From the NCBI RefSeq assembly GCF_031769215.1, contig NW_026782196.1, positions 806,001 to 870,000 of the forward strand: a stretch of DNA of 64,000 nt, read 5' to 3'. Each line of letters begins with the position of its first letter. Positions within the stretch are counted from its first letter, which is position 1. Under the pieces are notes generated by a model that saw only the letters and a program-made list of their open reading frames with translations, was not told the DNA's origin and searched no databases. Both the position numbers and the translations under genes were made by a program. This stretch comes from Ylistrum balloti (lineage: Eukaryota). This document shows positions 12,605 to 25,333 of this stretch, piece by piece.

Positions 12605-13705
12605 TTAATCTATCAGAAAATCTGATATAAATCAAAATATCTTAATTATCACTATTCACATCAGAAAGTCAGTTACTGACAGAAGTAGCCTGTTATTTGT
12701 TGATGAAGCAAAAGATGCTTACTCTCCTGGAACACCTGATCTTCTTCTCCTTGCACTTTTTCAGGAGTCTACATGTAAATGTTTCTTTTGATCAAATTTT
12801 GCCCTAGCTTTATTTAATCTGTGTCTGGATTATGATTATGTTGACTTGTTGGTTTTTCCTTGCCATATTTTGAACCAGCAATTTTTCAAGCATTATGTAA
12901 AGTTGTATATCGTGACAAAACAATATTTAACCCACTATTTTAATAGATTAGCCAGTCGTTTTCAATCTTATTGAGAACAAAGCTTTATGAAGTATCAACA
13001 TAATACATAATATAAATTAAATTTTCCCATTTTTTCCTGTTGAATATCCTATATATTCGTTAGCATTGCCACACCAGTAGAAACCTAAATTTCCATCTCT
13101 GTGTCTACCTAGAATCCAAATCAATCAAAATTTTCCTTTGAATTCCATTTTTTAAAATCTTAAAACAGGCTTTACATCTGTTTTTGATGTCTTTCGACCT
13201 TCAGCAGACAATAAAATGTACAATCTCCCACTAATTCCATTAAACAAAACAGAAAAAATTACCCTAACATAGAAATTAAAACACATTTGATAATGATTGG
13301 TCAATATTTGCTAAACCAACATAACCTGGTATCGCTGGTAAAGGATACCTGTTGTAGATATTTTGAATTAACATTACATGTCATATGATACACCCTGATA
13401 TAAGCTGTCTGGATCAGAGGTCTGGTGATTGAGATCTGAGGCGTATTGTTCTACACGTGTATCCCTGTATCTGATAAACCCACGCTCGAGGAATTTGTGA
13501 CATGTATCACTGTATCAGATAAATCTACACCTGAATGATTCGCAACAAAAGATACTCAAATTAAGATTTGATAGAAATAAAATATTAACAAACAAATCAT
13601 GCTATGAAGGATCAAACTAGGCTTCTGTACAAACACCAAAGATTTGTCAGTTCATACTAACACAGAGTAATTCTATTTTGTATGTACAGGCAATATTGGA
13701 CGTAC

Positions 13706-13779
13706 CTGGTATAATGAGTTTGCCGCGGGCATCAATCGTCCGTGATCCCCCAGGAATGACAAGGTTGTTACCCACCTGT
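13706..13779 (-). CDS. DPYS: DPYS/CRMP exon 3 (QVGNNLVIPGGSRTIDARGKLIIP-G)
   Basis: TTTCAG acceptor, CAG|GTACGT donor, 74 nt, phase 2 to 1. Carries the family motif IDAxGKLxxPG. Confidence 0.96.
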
Positions 13780-14194
13780 CTGAAATTGACAAAACAGTTT
13801 AATTCTGGTTGTCTTAACATGTCAACAGGACTGTTACATAAATTATAATAAATAAAGTTTACCATTTAAGCCACTGATAAATTATATTTTACATTTTACA
13901 ATGACCCATTGTTTTTGAAACTGTCATGTTTTATCACACTTACATAATCAACAGCATTTTAAGAAGCATAATACATGTAATCACCTCTCATGCCTTGTAT
14001 GACATATTTGTTACATTCATCCCTAATCTGTTTAACGTTTTTGTTACAATGTGTATTCTTAAGTAAGTATATTAATTTGTTGTTACTGTATATAATTTAT
14101 ATAAAAAAAGCTGTTTTATTTTTGTCTTTGTGTATGTTTCATCAGCCCACCATAATCAGAGAACATCATCTCTGACCAACAGGAAGTAATGGAC

Positions 14195-16723
14195 TGAATA
14201 AATATGTAATCACAATTTGATGGAATAGTCTGAATTATCAGTGATTTTACTGTATAGCAATATAATATACAATCACAATTTGATGGAACAGCCAGAATTA
14301 TCAGTGATTTTACTGTATAACAATATAATATACAATCACAATTTGATGTACAGCCTGAATAATCAGTGATTTTACTGTATAACAATATAATATACAATCA
14401 CAATTCGATGGAACAGCCAGAATTATCAGTGATTTTACTGTATAACAATATAATATACAATCACAATTTGATGGAACAGCCTGAATTATCAGTGATTTTA
14501 CTGTATAACAATATAATATACAATCACAATTTGATGGAACAGCCAGAATTATCAGTGATTTTACTGTATAACAATATAATATACAATCACAATTTGATGG
14601 AACAGCCAGAATTATCAGTGATTTTACTGTATAGCAGTATAATATACAATCACAATTTGATGGAACAGCCTGAATAATCAGTGATTTTACTGTATAACAA
14701 TATAATATACAATCACAATTTGATGGAACAGCCTGAATTATCAGTGATTTTACTGTATAGCAATATAATATACAATCACAATTTGATGGAACAGCCTGAA
14801 TTATCAGTGATTTTACTGTATAACAATATAATATACAATCACAATTTGATGGAACAGCCTGAATTATCAGTGATTTTACTGTATAACAATATAATATACA
14901 ATCACAATTTGGTGTAACAGCCAGAATTATCAGTGATTTTACTGTATAGCAATATAATATACAATCACAATTTGATGGAACAGCCTGAATTATCAGTGAT
15001 TTTACTGTATAGCAATATAATATACAATCACAATTTGATGGAACAGCCTGAATAATCAGTGATTTTACTGTATAGCAGTATAATATACAATCACAATTTG
15101 ATGGAACAGCCTGAATTATCAGTGATTTTACTGTATAACAGTATAATATACAATCACAATTTGATGGAACAGCCAGAATTATCAGTGATTTTACTGTATA
15201 GCAATATAATATACAATCACAATTTGATGGAACAGCCTGAATTATCAGTGATTTTACTGTATAGCAATATAATATACAATCACAATTTGATGGAACAGCC
15301 TGAATAATCAGTGATTTTACTGTATAGCAGTATAATATACAATCACAATTTGATGGAACAGCCTGAATTATCAGTGATTTTACTGTATAACAATATAATA
15401 TACAATCACAATTTGATGGAACAGCCAGAATTATCAGTGATTTTACTGTATAGCAGTATAATATACAATCACAATTTGATGGAACAGCCTGAATAATCAG
15501 TGATTTTACTGTATAACAATATAATATACAATCACAATTTGATGGAACAGCCAGAATTATCAGTGATTTTACTGTATAACAATATAATATACAATCACAA
15601 TTTGATGGAACAGCCAGAATTATCAGTGATTTTACTGTATAGCAATATAATATACAATCACAATTTGATGGAACAGCCTGAATTATCAGTGATTTTACTG
15701 TATAACAATATAATATACAATTACAATTTGATGGAACAGCCAGAATTATCAGTGATTTTACTGTATAGCAATATAATATACAATCACAATTTGATGGAAC
15801 AGCCTGAATTATCAGTGATTTTACTGTATAACAATATAATATACAATCACAATTTGATGGAACAGCCAGAATTATCAGTGATTTTACTGTATAACAATAT
15901 AATATACAATCACAATTTGATGGAACAGCCAGAATTATCAGTGATTTTACTGTATAGCAATATAATATACAATCACAATTTGATGGAACAGCCTGAATTA
16001 TCAGTGATTTTACTGTATAGCAATATAATATACAATCACAATTTGATGGAACAGCCTGAATAATCAGTGATTTTACTGTATAGCAGTATAATATACAATC
16101 ACAATTTGATGGAACAGCCTGAATTATCAGTGATTTTACTGTATAACAATATAATATACAATCACAATTTGATGGAACAGCCAGAATTATCAGTGATTTT
16201 ACTGTATAGCAATATAATATACAATCACAATTTGATGGAACAGCCTGAATTATCAGTGATTTTACTGTATAGCAATATACTGTAATATACAATCACAATT
16301 TGATGGAACAGCCTGAATTATCAGTGATTTTACTGTATAGCAATATAATATACATTCACAATTTGATGGAACAGCCTGAATTATCAGTGATTTTACTGTA
16401 TAGCAATATAATATACAATCACAATTTGATGGAACAGCCTGAATTATCAGTGATTTTACTGTATAGCAATATAATATACAATCACAATTTGATGGAACAG
16501 CCTGAATTATCAGTGATTTTACTGTATAGCAATATAATATACAATCACAATTTGATGGAACAGCCTGAATTATCAGTGATTTTACTGTATAGCAATATAA
16601 TATACAATCACAATTTGATGGAACAGCCTGAATTATCAGTGATTTTACTGTATAGCAATATAATATACAATCACAATTTGATGGAACAGCCTGAATTATC
16701 AGTGATTTTACTGTATAGCAATA
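14195..16723. repeat. 63-bp minisatellite (~40 copies), intron 2
   Basis: Unit gatggaacagcc(t/a)gaattatcagtgattttactgtatagcaatataatatacaatcacaattt. Source of the spurious 660-aa ORF. Confidence 0.99.
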
Positions 16724-16820
16724 CAAACGGGTTGACTTATAATCCAGAATGGACTTATTACCAAATGAATTATAAAAATCTGCAGACTGCAAGAGAATGA
16801 TTATCTTTATTACTACATAC

Positions 16821-16915
16821 TTGATAATTCCATCTTCAATGTAGATATCAGCATCAAAAGACTGGTCATCGTTAACTATTCGGCCTCCTTTCAGGAACAG
16901 TCGTGACTGTGCACT
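16821..16915 (-). CDS. DPYS: DPYS/CRMP exon 2 (SAQSRLFLKGGRIVNDDQSFDADIYIEDGII-K)
   Basis: TTTGTAG acceptor, AA|GTATGT donor, 95 nt, phase 0 to 2. Homologous to the DPYS N-terminal strand (RLLIRGGRVVNDD...ADVLVEDG). Not in the ORF track. Confidence 0.96.
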
Positions 16916-17584
16916 CTACAAAACACAAAAATCAGTCACCATTAAAACATCCAACTATTTTTCTTATCTCGTTTTAATTTAAGTTTTAATTGAGTGGATA
17001 AATTACACCTTTTATGGGGAACATATCGATTACCACGGTACAATTACTGAAAGTAACCCAACTCCAAAGCGAGATTTCAAAGAAAGCCTATTATGCCTAT
17101 TCAAACAGTGCATTATTACCTGATTTTTTAAGCTTTCCCAATTAACCATTAAGGAAACGAACATATTTATTTCAATATGCATGTCTATAAATCAGCATGT
17201 CATAGACACACTGGGCTCTCCCGACTGACATACAATCATACACATAGTGGCCTGTTTTTACTCTCTCAAATATTCTTAGATTGTCATATTTCTAGGGTTT
17301 CAATGGGACTGAATTTGAGCCCTATTCTCAGAAGAATTTATTTTCTATAATAGCCAAATTCTCAAAATGTATTGTTTACTGCTCAAAAATTCCTTCCCAT
17401 TTGAGATTTCCCTCAAAAATGTGATAAAAAATGCCATTCCCAAATGAATGGAAAAAACTTGTCTGAACGTCAATCTGTGTGATTATATTGCACGAGACAC
17501 CTGTACTCGTAGTGATTTTAATGAAGTAACAGTACTCGGGTACCAGTACATAAAAAAATAAAAGTACTGAGGCCCGTTTTTACA

Positions 17585-18761
17585 CAGAGGTTAATAAGTA
17601 TATCCATGAACTATTTTATATTTCAACACAAGCTGTCCAACAACAAGTGTTAAAACCGAGGTTGATAAGTATACCTGTGAACCACTTTTTTATATTTCAA
17701 CACAAGCTGTACAACAACAAGTGTTAAAACAGAGGTTGATAAGTATACCTGTGAACCACTTTTTTATATTTCAACACAAGCTGTCCAACAACAAGTGTTA
17801 AAACAGAGGTTGATAAGTATACCTGTGAACCACTTTTTTATATTTCAACACAAGCTGTCCAACAACAAGTGTTAAAACCGAGGTTGATAAGTATACCTGT
17901 GAACCACTTTTTTATATTTCAACACAAGCTGTCCAACAACAAGTGTTAAAACCGAGGTTGATAAGTATACCTGTGAACCACTTTTTTATATTTCAACACA
18001 AGCTGTCCAACAACAAGTGTTAAAACCGAGGTTGATAAGTATACCTGTGAACCACTTTTTTATATTTCAACACAAGCTGTCCAACAACAAGTGTTAAAAC
18101 AGAGGTTGATAAGTATACCTGTGAACCACTTTTTTATATTTCAACACAAGCTGTACAACAACAAGTGTTAAAACAGAGGTTGATAAGTATACCTGTGAAC
18201 CACTTTTTTATATTTCAACACAAGCTGTCCAACAACAAGTGTTAAAACCGAGGTTGATAAGTATACCTGTGAACCACTTTTTTATATTTCAACACAAGCT
18301 GTCCAACAACAAGTGTTAAAACAGAGGTTGATAAGTATACCTGTGAACCACTTTTTTATATTTCAACACAAGCTGTCCAACAACAAGTGTTAAAACAGAG
18401 GTTGATAAGTATACCTGTGAACCACTTTTTTATATTTCAACACAAGCTGTCCAACAACAAGTGTTAAAACAGAGGTTGATAAGTATACCTGTGAACCACT
18501 TTTTTATATTTCAACACAAGCTGTCCAACAACAAGTGTTAAAACAGAGGTTGATAAGTATACCTGTGAACCACTTTTTTATATTTCAACACAAGCTGTCC
18601 AACAACAAGTGTTAAAACAGAGGTTGATAAGTATACCTGTGAACCACTTTTTTATATTTCAACACAAGCTGTCCAACAACAAGCGTTAAAACAGAGGTTG
18701 ATAAGTATACCTGTGAACCACTTTTTTATATTTCAACACAAGCTGTCCAACAACAAGTGTT
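17585..18761. repeat. 74-bp minisatellite (~16 copies), intron 1
   Basis: Unit gaggttgataagtatacctgtgaaccactttttttatatttcaacacaagctgtccaacaacaagtgttaaaac(a/c). Confidence 0.98.
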
Positions 18762-19785
18762 ACCAGGTAGTTTGAGGAATTCTTCAATATTATTGATTAG
18801 TTAAGCCAAGGTGTACAAGTCTCCACCTGTATCCACATAGATCAGTGGGTATAGTCATGGTTTTTGTACACTTGGAAGGTCCAGCAACAGGTGATGGTAA
18901 TCTTCTGATACACACATTGGATATGTAGTAATAATGGTGAATGTTCATAAATAGATTATCCGACAGGACAGGAGCACAAAAGCATAAATGTAATTATGCA
19001 ATTAAGTACAAACTTCAAACCTCAAACATATATATATATACAACAATATTTCAGAATTTTTTAACATAATGCAATTATTCCATTAAAAATTTAAAAATCA
19101 CACTTCAAGATAATTCCATGAATAATTACTGCACTTTCGCAATAAACAAGAATTGCCCACATACAGCCGGCTACCTGTCACCTAAATAAACACCTGTATT
19201 TGCACCATCTGCACAAGTAAATACAAATAACACCAGGTATTGAAGTTAACATACCAGGGAGAAACTATTTCAATCTATTTCCCTGGTCAAACATTAAAAT
19301 GTTGTTGAGTGGATTTTAGCTTTACACACGCCCTAGCTATAAACCTATTTGATATGATGATTACAACCACTATGGTTTGTATTGAAGTTTGTTCCTAAAG
19401 AACAAGTTTGATAAATTCCCATACAACACATTTACCTGTAGGTTATCACTATACTGACCAATCAGATGTATAACACCCAGGGTTAAAGGTTACTAGGTTA
19501 CTACTCACATAATTGTATCTACTTCATAATCCTACTGACCAACACAAGTTCACAACCCACTGAACCTGAAGTTCACACTAACCATGGTTAACTGTCCCTG
19601 TGTGCTGCTTCTTAACCCAAATGACCACAACCCCTACCTGACTGATCATGTGTAAGTTCACATCATACTGTATCTAGTTCATAATCCAACTGACCACAAC
19701 TAGTTCACACCTGAATGACCCTGGTTGATTGATTCAAAGCTATCAATAACAAAAGCATTAGGGCTTGCATAAATAGGAAGTAATA

Positions 19786-20383
19786 GTGATACACTGTAAA
19801 ATTTACACCAAGCACAAACCAGAGATTCCCACACAAGTGATACACTGTCAAATTTACACCAAGCACAAACCAGAGATTCCCACACAAGTGATACACTGTC
19901 AAATTTACACCAAGCACAAACCAGAGATTCCCACACAAGTGATACACTGTCAAATTTACACCGGGCACAAACCAGATATTCCCACACAAGTGATACACTG
20001 TCAAATTTACACCAAGCACAAACCAGAGATTCCCACACAAGTGATACACTGTCACATTTACACCGGGCACAAACTAGATATTCCCACACAAGTGATACAC
20101 TGTCAAATTTACACCAAGCACAAACCAGAGATTCCAACACAAGTGATACACTGTCAAATTTACACCAAGCACAAACTAGACATTCCCACACATGTGATAC
20201 ACTGTCAAATTTACACCAGGCATAAACCAGAGATTCCCACACAAGTGATACACTGTCAAATTTACACCAGGCACAAACTAGATATTCCCACACAAGTGAT
20301 ACACTGTCAAATTTACACCTGGCACAAACTAGATATTCCCACATAAGTGATACACTGTCAAATTTACACCTGGCACAAACTAG
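19786..20383. repeat. 51-bp minisatellite (~12 copies)
   Basis: Unit gtgatacactgtcaaatttacaccaagcacaaaccagagattcccacacaa; gives 17-aa repeat ORFs on both strands. Confidence 0.98.
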
Positions 20384-20719
20384 ACAGCGCCTATACTTGA
20401 TACAACCTATAAGAAGTTCACACACAAACAGTGCAAACAGACCAATTTGCACCAGACACCAACCAGAGCATTCCCACAGAAGCATTATACTGTCTACATA
20501 TGTACATAATGTGACAGGGCAGAGTATTGTCTTTTGCTCAAGGAAAAAATCAGGATACCTGGATAGTGTCAGCTTCCTGAGAGACACAAACCGCCTGAGC
20601 TATATAGGAATATCTGATGGTCTACCAACTACCACAAGTTGTGGTCCCCCAGACTGACTTCTGTACCACACCAGACCTTGATTGGTTTATTACAGATACA
20701 GTGCTGAAGGACAACTCAC

Positions 20720-20938
20720 TATATGATCCTCACAAAGACACCACCATCCTTCGATTTGTTCCTGTCCTTCCTCAAAATTCTTCACATCACCTTCCTCCTT
20801 TGAACTCCCCCTAGCCTCTGTATCCGAGTCTGTAGTAGCTGTAGGAGTAGCCTCTACCTTGAACCCGTCATCCCTCGTACCATTATCATTTGATGTGTCA
20901 CCAGACATGTCATCAGATGTGTCAACAGTATTAGACAT
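20720..20938 (-). CDS. Candidate alternative first coding exon (73 aa acidic N-terminal extension ending EGWWCLCEDHI)
   Basis: ATG at 20938 with A at -3 and an in-frame TAA 15 nt upstream. Non-repetitive D/E/S/T-rich frame ending at ATA|GTGAGT in phase 0, compatible with exon 2. No homology evidence available. Confidence 0.55.
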
Positions 20939-21292
20939 TATACAAAACTCTTACACCATACAGACCCAACCTTTCTTCTAGTTCATCAACAATATGGATG
21001 TCCTCTTGAACGATGATTTTCTAATTGTGTTAGTCTAGTAGTGTGGATAGACATGTGACCATCACAAATCCCACAGCTACCAATCGTTTGCAACCTAAGT
21101 TTGTTTCATGTAAAGATGTAACATGTATATAACTCTAGAGTTCCCAGTGAAGACAGGTGCCCTTAGAAATTGATCACAGTTGATCACGACTACGGAGCTA
21201 TAATATTGAAGATGTATTAGTCACCAAATGAATTTTAACGATTCTGTTGCAACATCTGATAGCGTCTACCAGTTACATGTGGCGCCTTTCAC

Positions 21293-21409
21293 CTCACCCA
21301 GCTTCTCCCAACTCTGCACAATAACGTAGTTTTTGATTGATGTGGAATCCATTGACCAATCAATGTCTCCCAGATCAATCAATAATTCAGAGTCTAACAC
21401 AACGTCTGT
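21293..21409 (-). CDS. Possible in-frame cassette exon in intron 1 (TDVVLDSELLIDLGDIDWSMDSTSIKNYVIVQSWEKLGE)
   Basis: TTTTGTAG acceptor followed by 47 open codons, with a GAG|GTGAAA donor in phase 0 giving 117 nt. A competing GG|GTGAGG donor 5 nt away would break phase. Confidence 0.2.
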
Positions 21410-23031
21410 CTACAAAATCACTTATTAATTTTTTCATATACTCCAAAGCAGGTAATCTGGTTTAGCTCAGTCTGAGTACAGCATCCAATAAGCTTACAAG
21501 TGTCAACTTTATACACATTACACAGGAACAGCTGACTAACCAAAAGGTCAGAAAGCAGCTTTAAGGCCATTTCAAATACTTATTATTGTAGATTGCTCAT
21601 CCCTAACAAGTTTCATGTCAATTCAATAAGGAACCACTGAGGTAGGATTACTGATGGTGTAAATAGAGCTAGACCAGGTTAGCATTGACTTTGTCTAGAG
21701 ACCCATGATCCACATCACCAACCTCAATTCTCCCAATACAATACCCCTGGAGGCACATATACAAATAGAGGGAAATCTTTTTCACAGTCAAAATGAAAAT
21801 TTCAACCTTAAAATGATAAAAAAACCAGATCCGTAACATCATAGTCTTATGTCAAAGCTTTATTTGGTTTTTTACTGAACAGAGAGTATGTAAATCATAC
21901 TTTCATTTCAAATATGCATATTTTAACAAACAAATATTGAACTCCACATGACCATGACAAACTCAAAAGAGAGATTTTTATAACAACAAGTTATAAGTTG
22001 ATCTGTAGTAAGTAGACATTGGCATCAGTCCTAAGAGTGTTGTATATGTCCTGTCCTGCCCTGAGAGCTGAGCTCATCCCAACATTTATGAATAAGAAAT
22101 AAGGTCACACATCTTGACCTTGGCCTTATCGAATAAAACCACTATCAATAACATAATACAGCAAACACGAATTTTCTAAAGGGATGGAATTTCTTAAAAA
22201 TTATAAATGTTTGTTACAAAAACTGCCACATATTTGAAATGTGCTTTGAAGAAGGCATGACAAAGCTTTAACAGGTTTTTGCATATGTTATTACTGTGTG
22301 GGTTGCACAACAATCTTCGAAGGTCACATGACAGAACCGGTAAAACTGCATGTAAACGGAATTAAATGAATATAGATATAAAAATTCAAATATTTAAGAC
22401 TTTCCAAGGTCATAAACACCAACTGAAATGTGTAAACCTGAGATTTTATTCTCGTCACACATTGATCACACATTGATGCTAGCTGCCATTAAATCACTAA
22501 ATGAGAAAGAAACATTGCATGTCAATTTGCTGCATAAAAAGAAAAAAAAAAACAGCAATTTCATAGCTTTTGTTAAAGTTCAATAGTCGTAGCAGGAAAG
22601 TCTGGCTACCATGGAAACCTGGGAATCATGAGACCTGTTGCTGCACCAATACATCAATACTGTCTAGACACAAAAACTGGAAAACTGCATTCAGTACTGG
22701 TGATTGTGAGGTTCCAACCACCTCTCGGAATAATTCTTGACCTCAAGGACGGTACTTAGTACGAGCCAATAGAAGGCTATATAAAGCAGGTTTCTACCAG
22801 TGGTGCCATATTCACCGATAACTAAACATACTGATTAGCATAATAAATATAGTGCGTGACAACCTGCAAATGATGCAGGAAAACACAGTTGTCATGACAA
22901 TATTATGTAATGTTTTCAACAATTAAAAAATATAAATTCCTAGAAACATGAAACCAATGCAGCTAGCTGATGCAACAATGCAGATTTAAGCTTCATGATC
23001 AAAGACATTTCAATACTATTGAATTTCTTAC

Positions 23032-23124
23032 CGGCTCAAAATTCCCAATACACATAGGTTTGGCCTCTTCTTTCACTTTAACCAATACATTGGCTAGTCT
23101 ATGTTTGACCAGCGATAGACACAT
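23032..23124 (-). CDS. Candidate alternative first coding exon (MCLSLVKHRLANVLVKVKEEAKPMCIGNFEP)
   Basis: ATG with A at -3 and an in-frame TAA 9 nt upstream, 31 codons, strong CCG|GTAAGA donor in phase 0. Could arise by chance in a 32 kb intron. Confidence 0.4.
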
Positions 23125-24526
23125 TTTCTTTTAAATTTCAACCAGAGCTTTAAATTCAGTCAATTCCAGATTAACTTCAAGTATTCCTGCACATCATATA
23201 ACAAACATATTGATTGCTTATTTCTGTATTTCCAAGGAAGTCTTGCACCACACAGCCAGTCGACACTCCTGATGCAGGCAGACACTGAGTCATGGTAAAG
23301 CTAGAGCCAACATGATGCAGTTGTCCCGATCAGACTTCTATCAACCTCAGATACAGAACAATCGAACATTGAAGTCATATCACTAAGTCTATCACTTATT
23401 ATGTGTTTAGAATAAAATGATATTGGTGTCACTGTATGGTCATTTCTTCATATGAATACCAAAATTTGAATACAGTCTGAGCAGTGATCTGCTTGGACTT
23501 TTCATCGCCTCCTTCAGATTACATAAACAGCTCAGCTTCATCGATTACCATGTGTGTGATGACAAATAACATTTTGCAAAAAGTTATCAACTTTGCTTTT
23601 TATCGTCATTTTTAAAGTTTTTGGTTTAATGGAAAAGCTATAATGATATTTACTTGTAAATATATGATAAACCATATCCCTTTTCCTGGCAAGTTTTTTC
23701 ATTTTTTTCAAGACTGTATGGACATATACAGGAAATACCATAATTATTCATATATATATAAGTCTGGCTACCCTCTGCTAGGTTAACATCCATCTACAAG
23801 CTTATCTCCCCTTCATTAGAAATCTTTTCTGAAGGTTCTAGAGACATGTAGCAATCTATGACCATATTTCCATATTACTCAACTGCATAAATGTCTTTCC
23901 TGTGTAGTATAATGGTACATTGCAAGAAAATGAGATAAATATAGTAATATTTAACAACAGTAAGAGGTCAGGTGATGTGTTTGACATCTCTGAGGTGTCA
24001 TTATTACTGATCACATACTGTACATCTTATTCTACCTGAAAATCAATCATTGTGACTCATCCATTACCTAATCATGTAGTCAGCAGCACCAAACATACAT
24101 GGTGATAGAAGGTCACTCCCGAATCAATAATGTTTTAAGCCTGAGTAACAAGTGTGTCACTTGGCCATTGTGTGTGCAGTATGGTAGCGTTCAATGATTG
24201 GCTGCTGCTACAGAGACAAAAGGGATACAACTCCAACAGACCCAATATTGAAATTATTTCAATATGATAATCATGCTTATCAATATCATCTTATGAAGCT
24301 CACAGTGTATAAAGAATATCTATGAATTCATTTGTAAAGCCACTTTTGATTTCTTTTCCGAATAGTTCAATCAATTCATCTTTCTCTTCGAAACTTTAAA
24401 CACAAAGTAATACAAGTTTGACGAATTAATAAAAAAAATTGTGTTATTTTAAATGGAAAAAGAATCATTATCATCTTTCAACAAGAAAACATATGTTTAC
24501 GACACAGGGGAAGATTTTGGTATCAC

Positions 24527-25333
24527 GAACTCAGAGATATAGACATATATAGTGACCTTTTTGGTCATCATGAACTCAGAGATATAGAGACATATATAGT
24601 GACCTTTTTGGTCATCACGAACTCAGAGATATAGAGACATATATAGTGACCTTTTTGGTCATCATGAACTCAGAGATATAGAGACATATATAGTGACCTT
24701 TTTGGTCATCATGAACTTAGAGATATAGAGACATATATAGTGACCTTTTTGGTCATCATGAACTCAGAGATATAGAGACATATATAGTGACCTTTTTGGT
24801 CATCATGAACTCAGAGATATAGAGACATATATAGTGACCTTTTTGGTCATCATGAAGTAAGAGATATAGAGACATATATAGTGACCTTTTTGGTCATCAT
24901 GAAGTAAGAGATATAGAGACATATATAGTGACCTTTTTGGTCATCATGAAGTAAGAGATATAGAGACATATATAGTGACCTTTTTGGTCATTTTTTGGTC
25001 ATCATGAACTAAGAAATATAGAGACATATATAGTGACCTTTTTGGTCATCATGAACCTAGAGATACAGAGACATATATAGTGACCTTTTTGGTCATTTTT
25101 TGGTCATCATGAACTAAGATATATAGACATATATAGTGACCTTTTTGGTCATTATGAACTTAAAGATATAGAGACATATATAGTGACCTTTTTGGTCATT
25201 ATGAACTTAAAGATATAGAGACATATATAGTGACCTTTTTGGTCATCATGAACCTAGAGATACAGAGACATATATAGTGACCTTTTTGGTCATCATGAAC
25301 TAAGAGATCTAGAGACATATGTAGTGACCTTTT
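24527..25333. repeat. 47-bp minisatellite (~17 copies)
   Basis: Unit gaactcagagatatagagacatatatagtgacctttttggtcatcat with an internal TGACC-N5-GGTCA inverted repeat. Confidence 0.97.

Noticed and set aside
14310-16292. 660-aa Cys-rich ORF and the overlapping plus-strand ORFs
   Set aside because: Translation of a 63-bp (21-codon) tandem repeat inside intron 2; the frame is open only because the unit length is a multiple of 3 and lacks a stop.
17585-18761. Regular arrays that could be mistaken for CRISPR loci
   Set aside because: Units are head-to-tail with no unique spacers, there are no cas genes, and the context is a spliceosomal eukaryotic gene.
19700-20587. 295-aa Cys/Trp-rich ORF
   Set aside because: Mostly the 51-bp minisatellite; its flanks show no recognisable homology.
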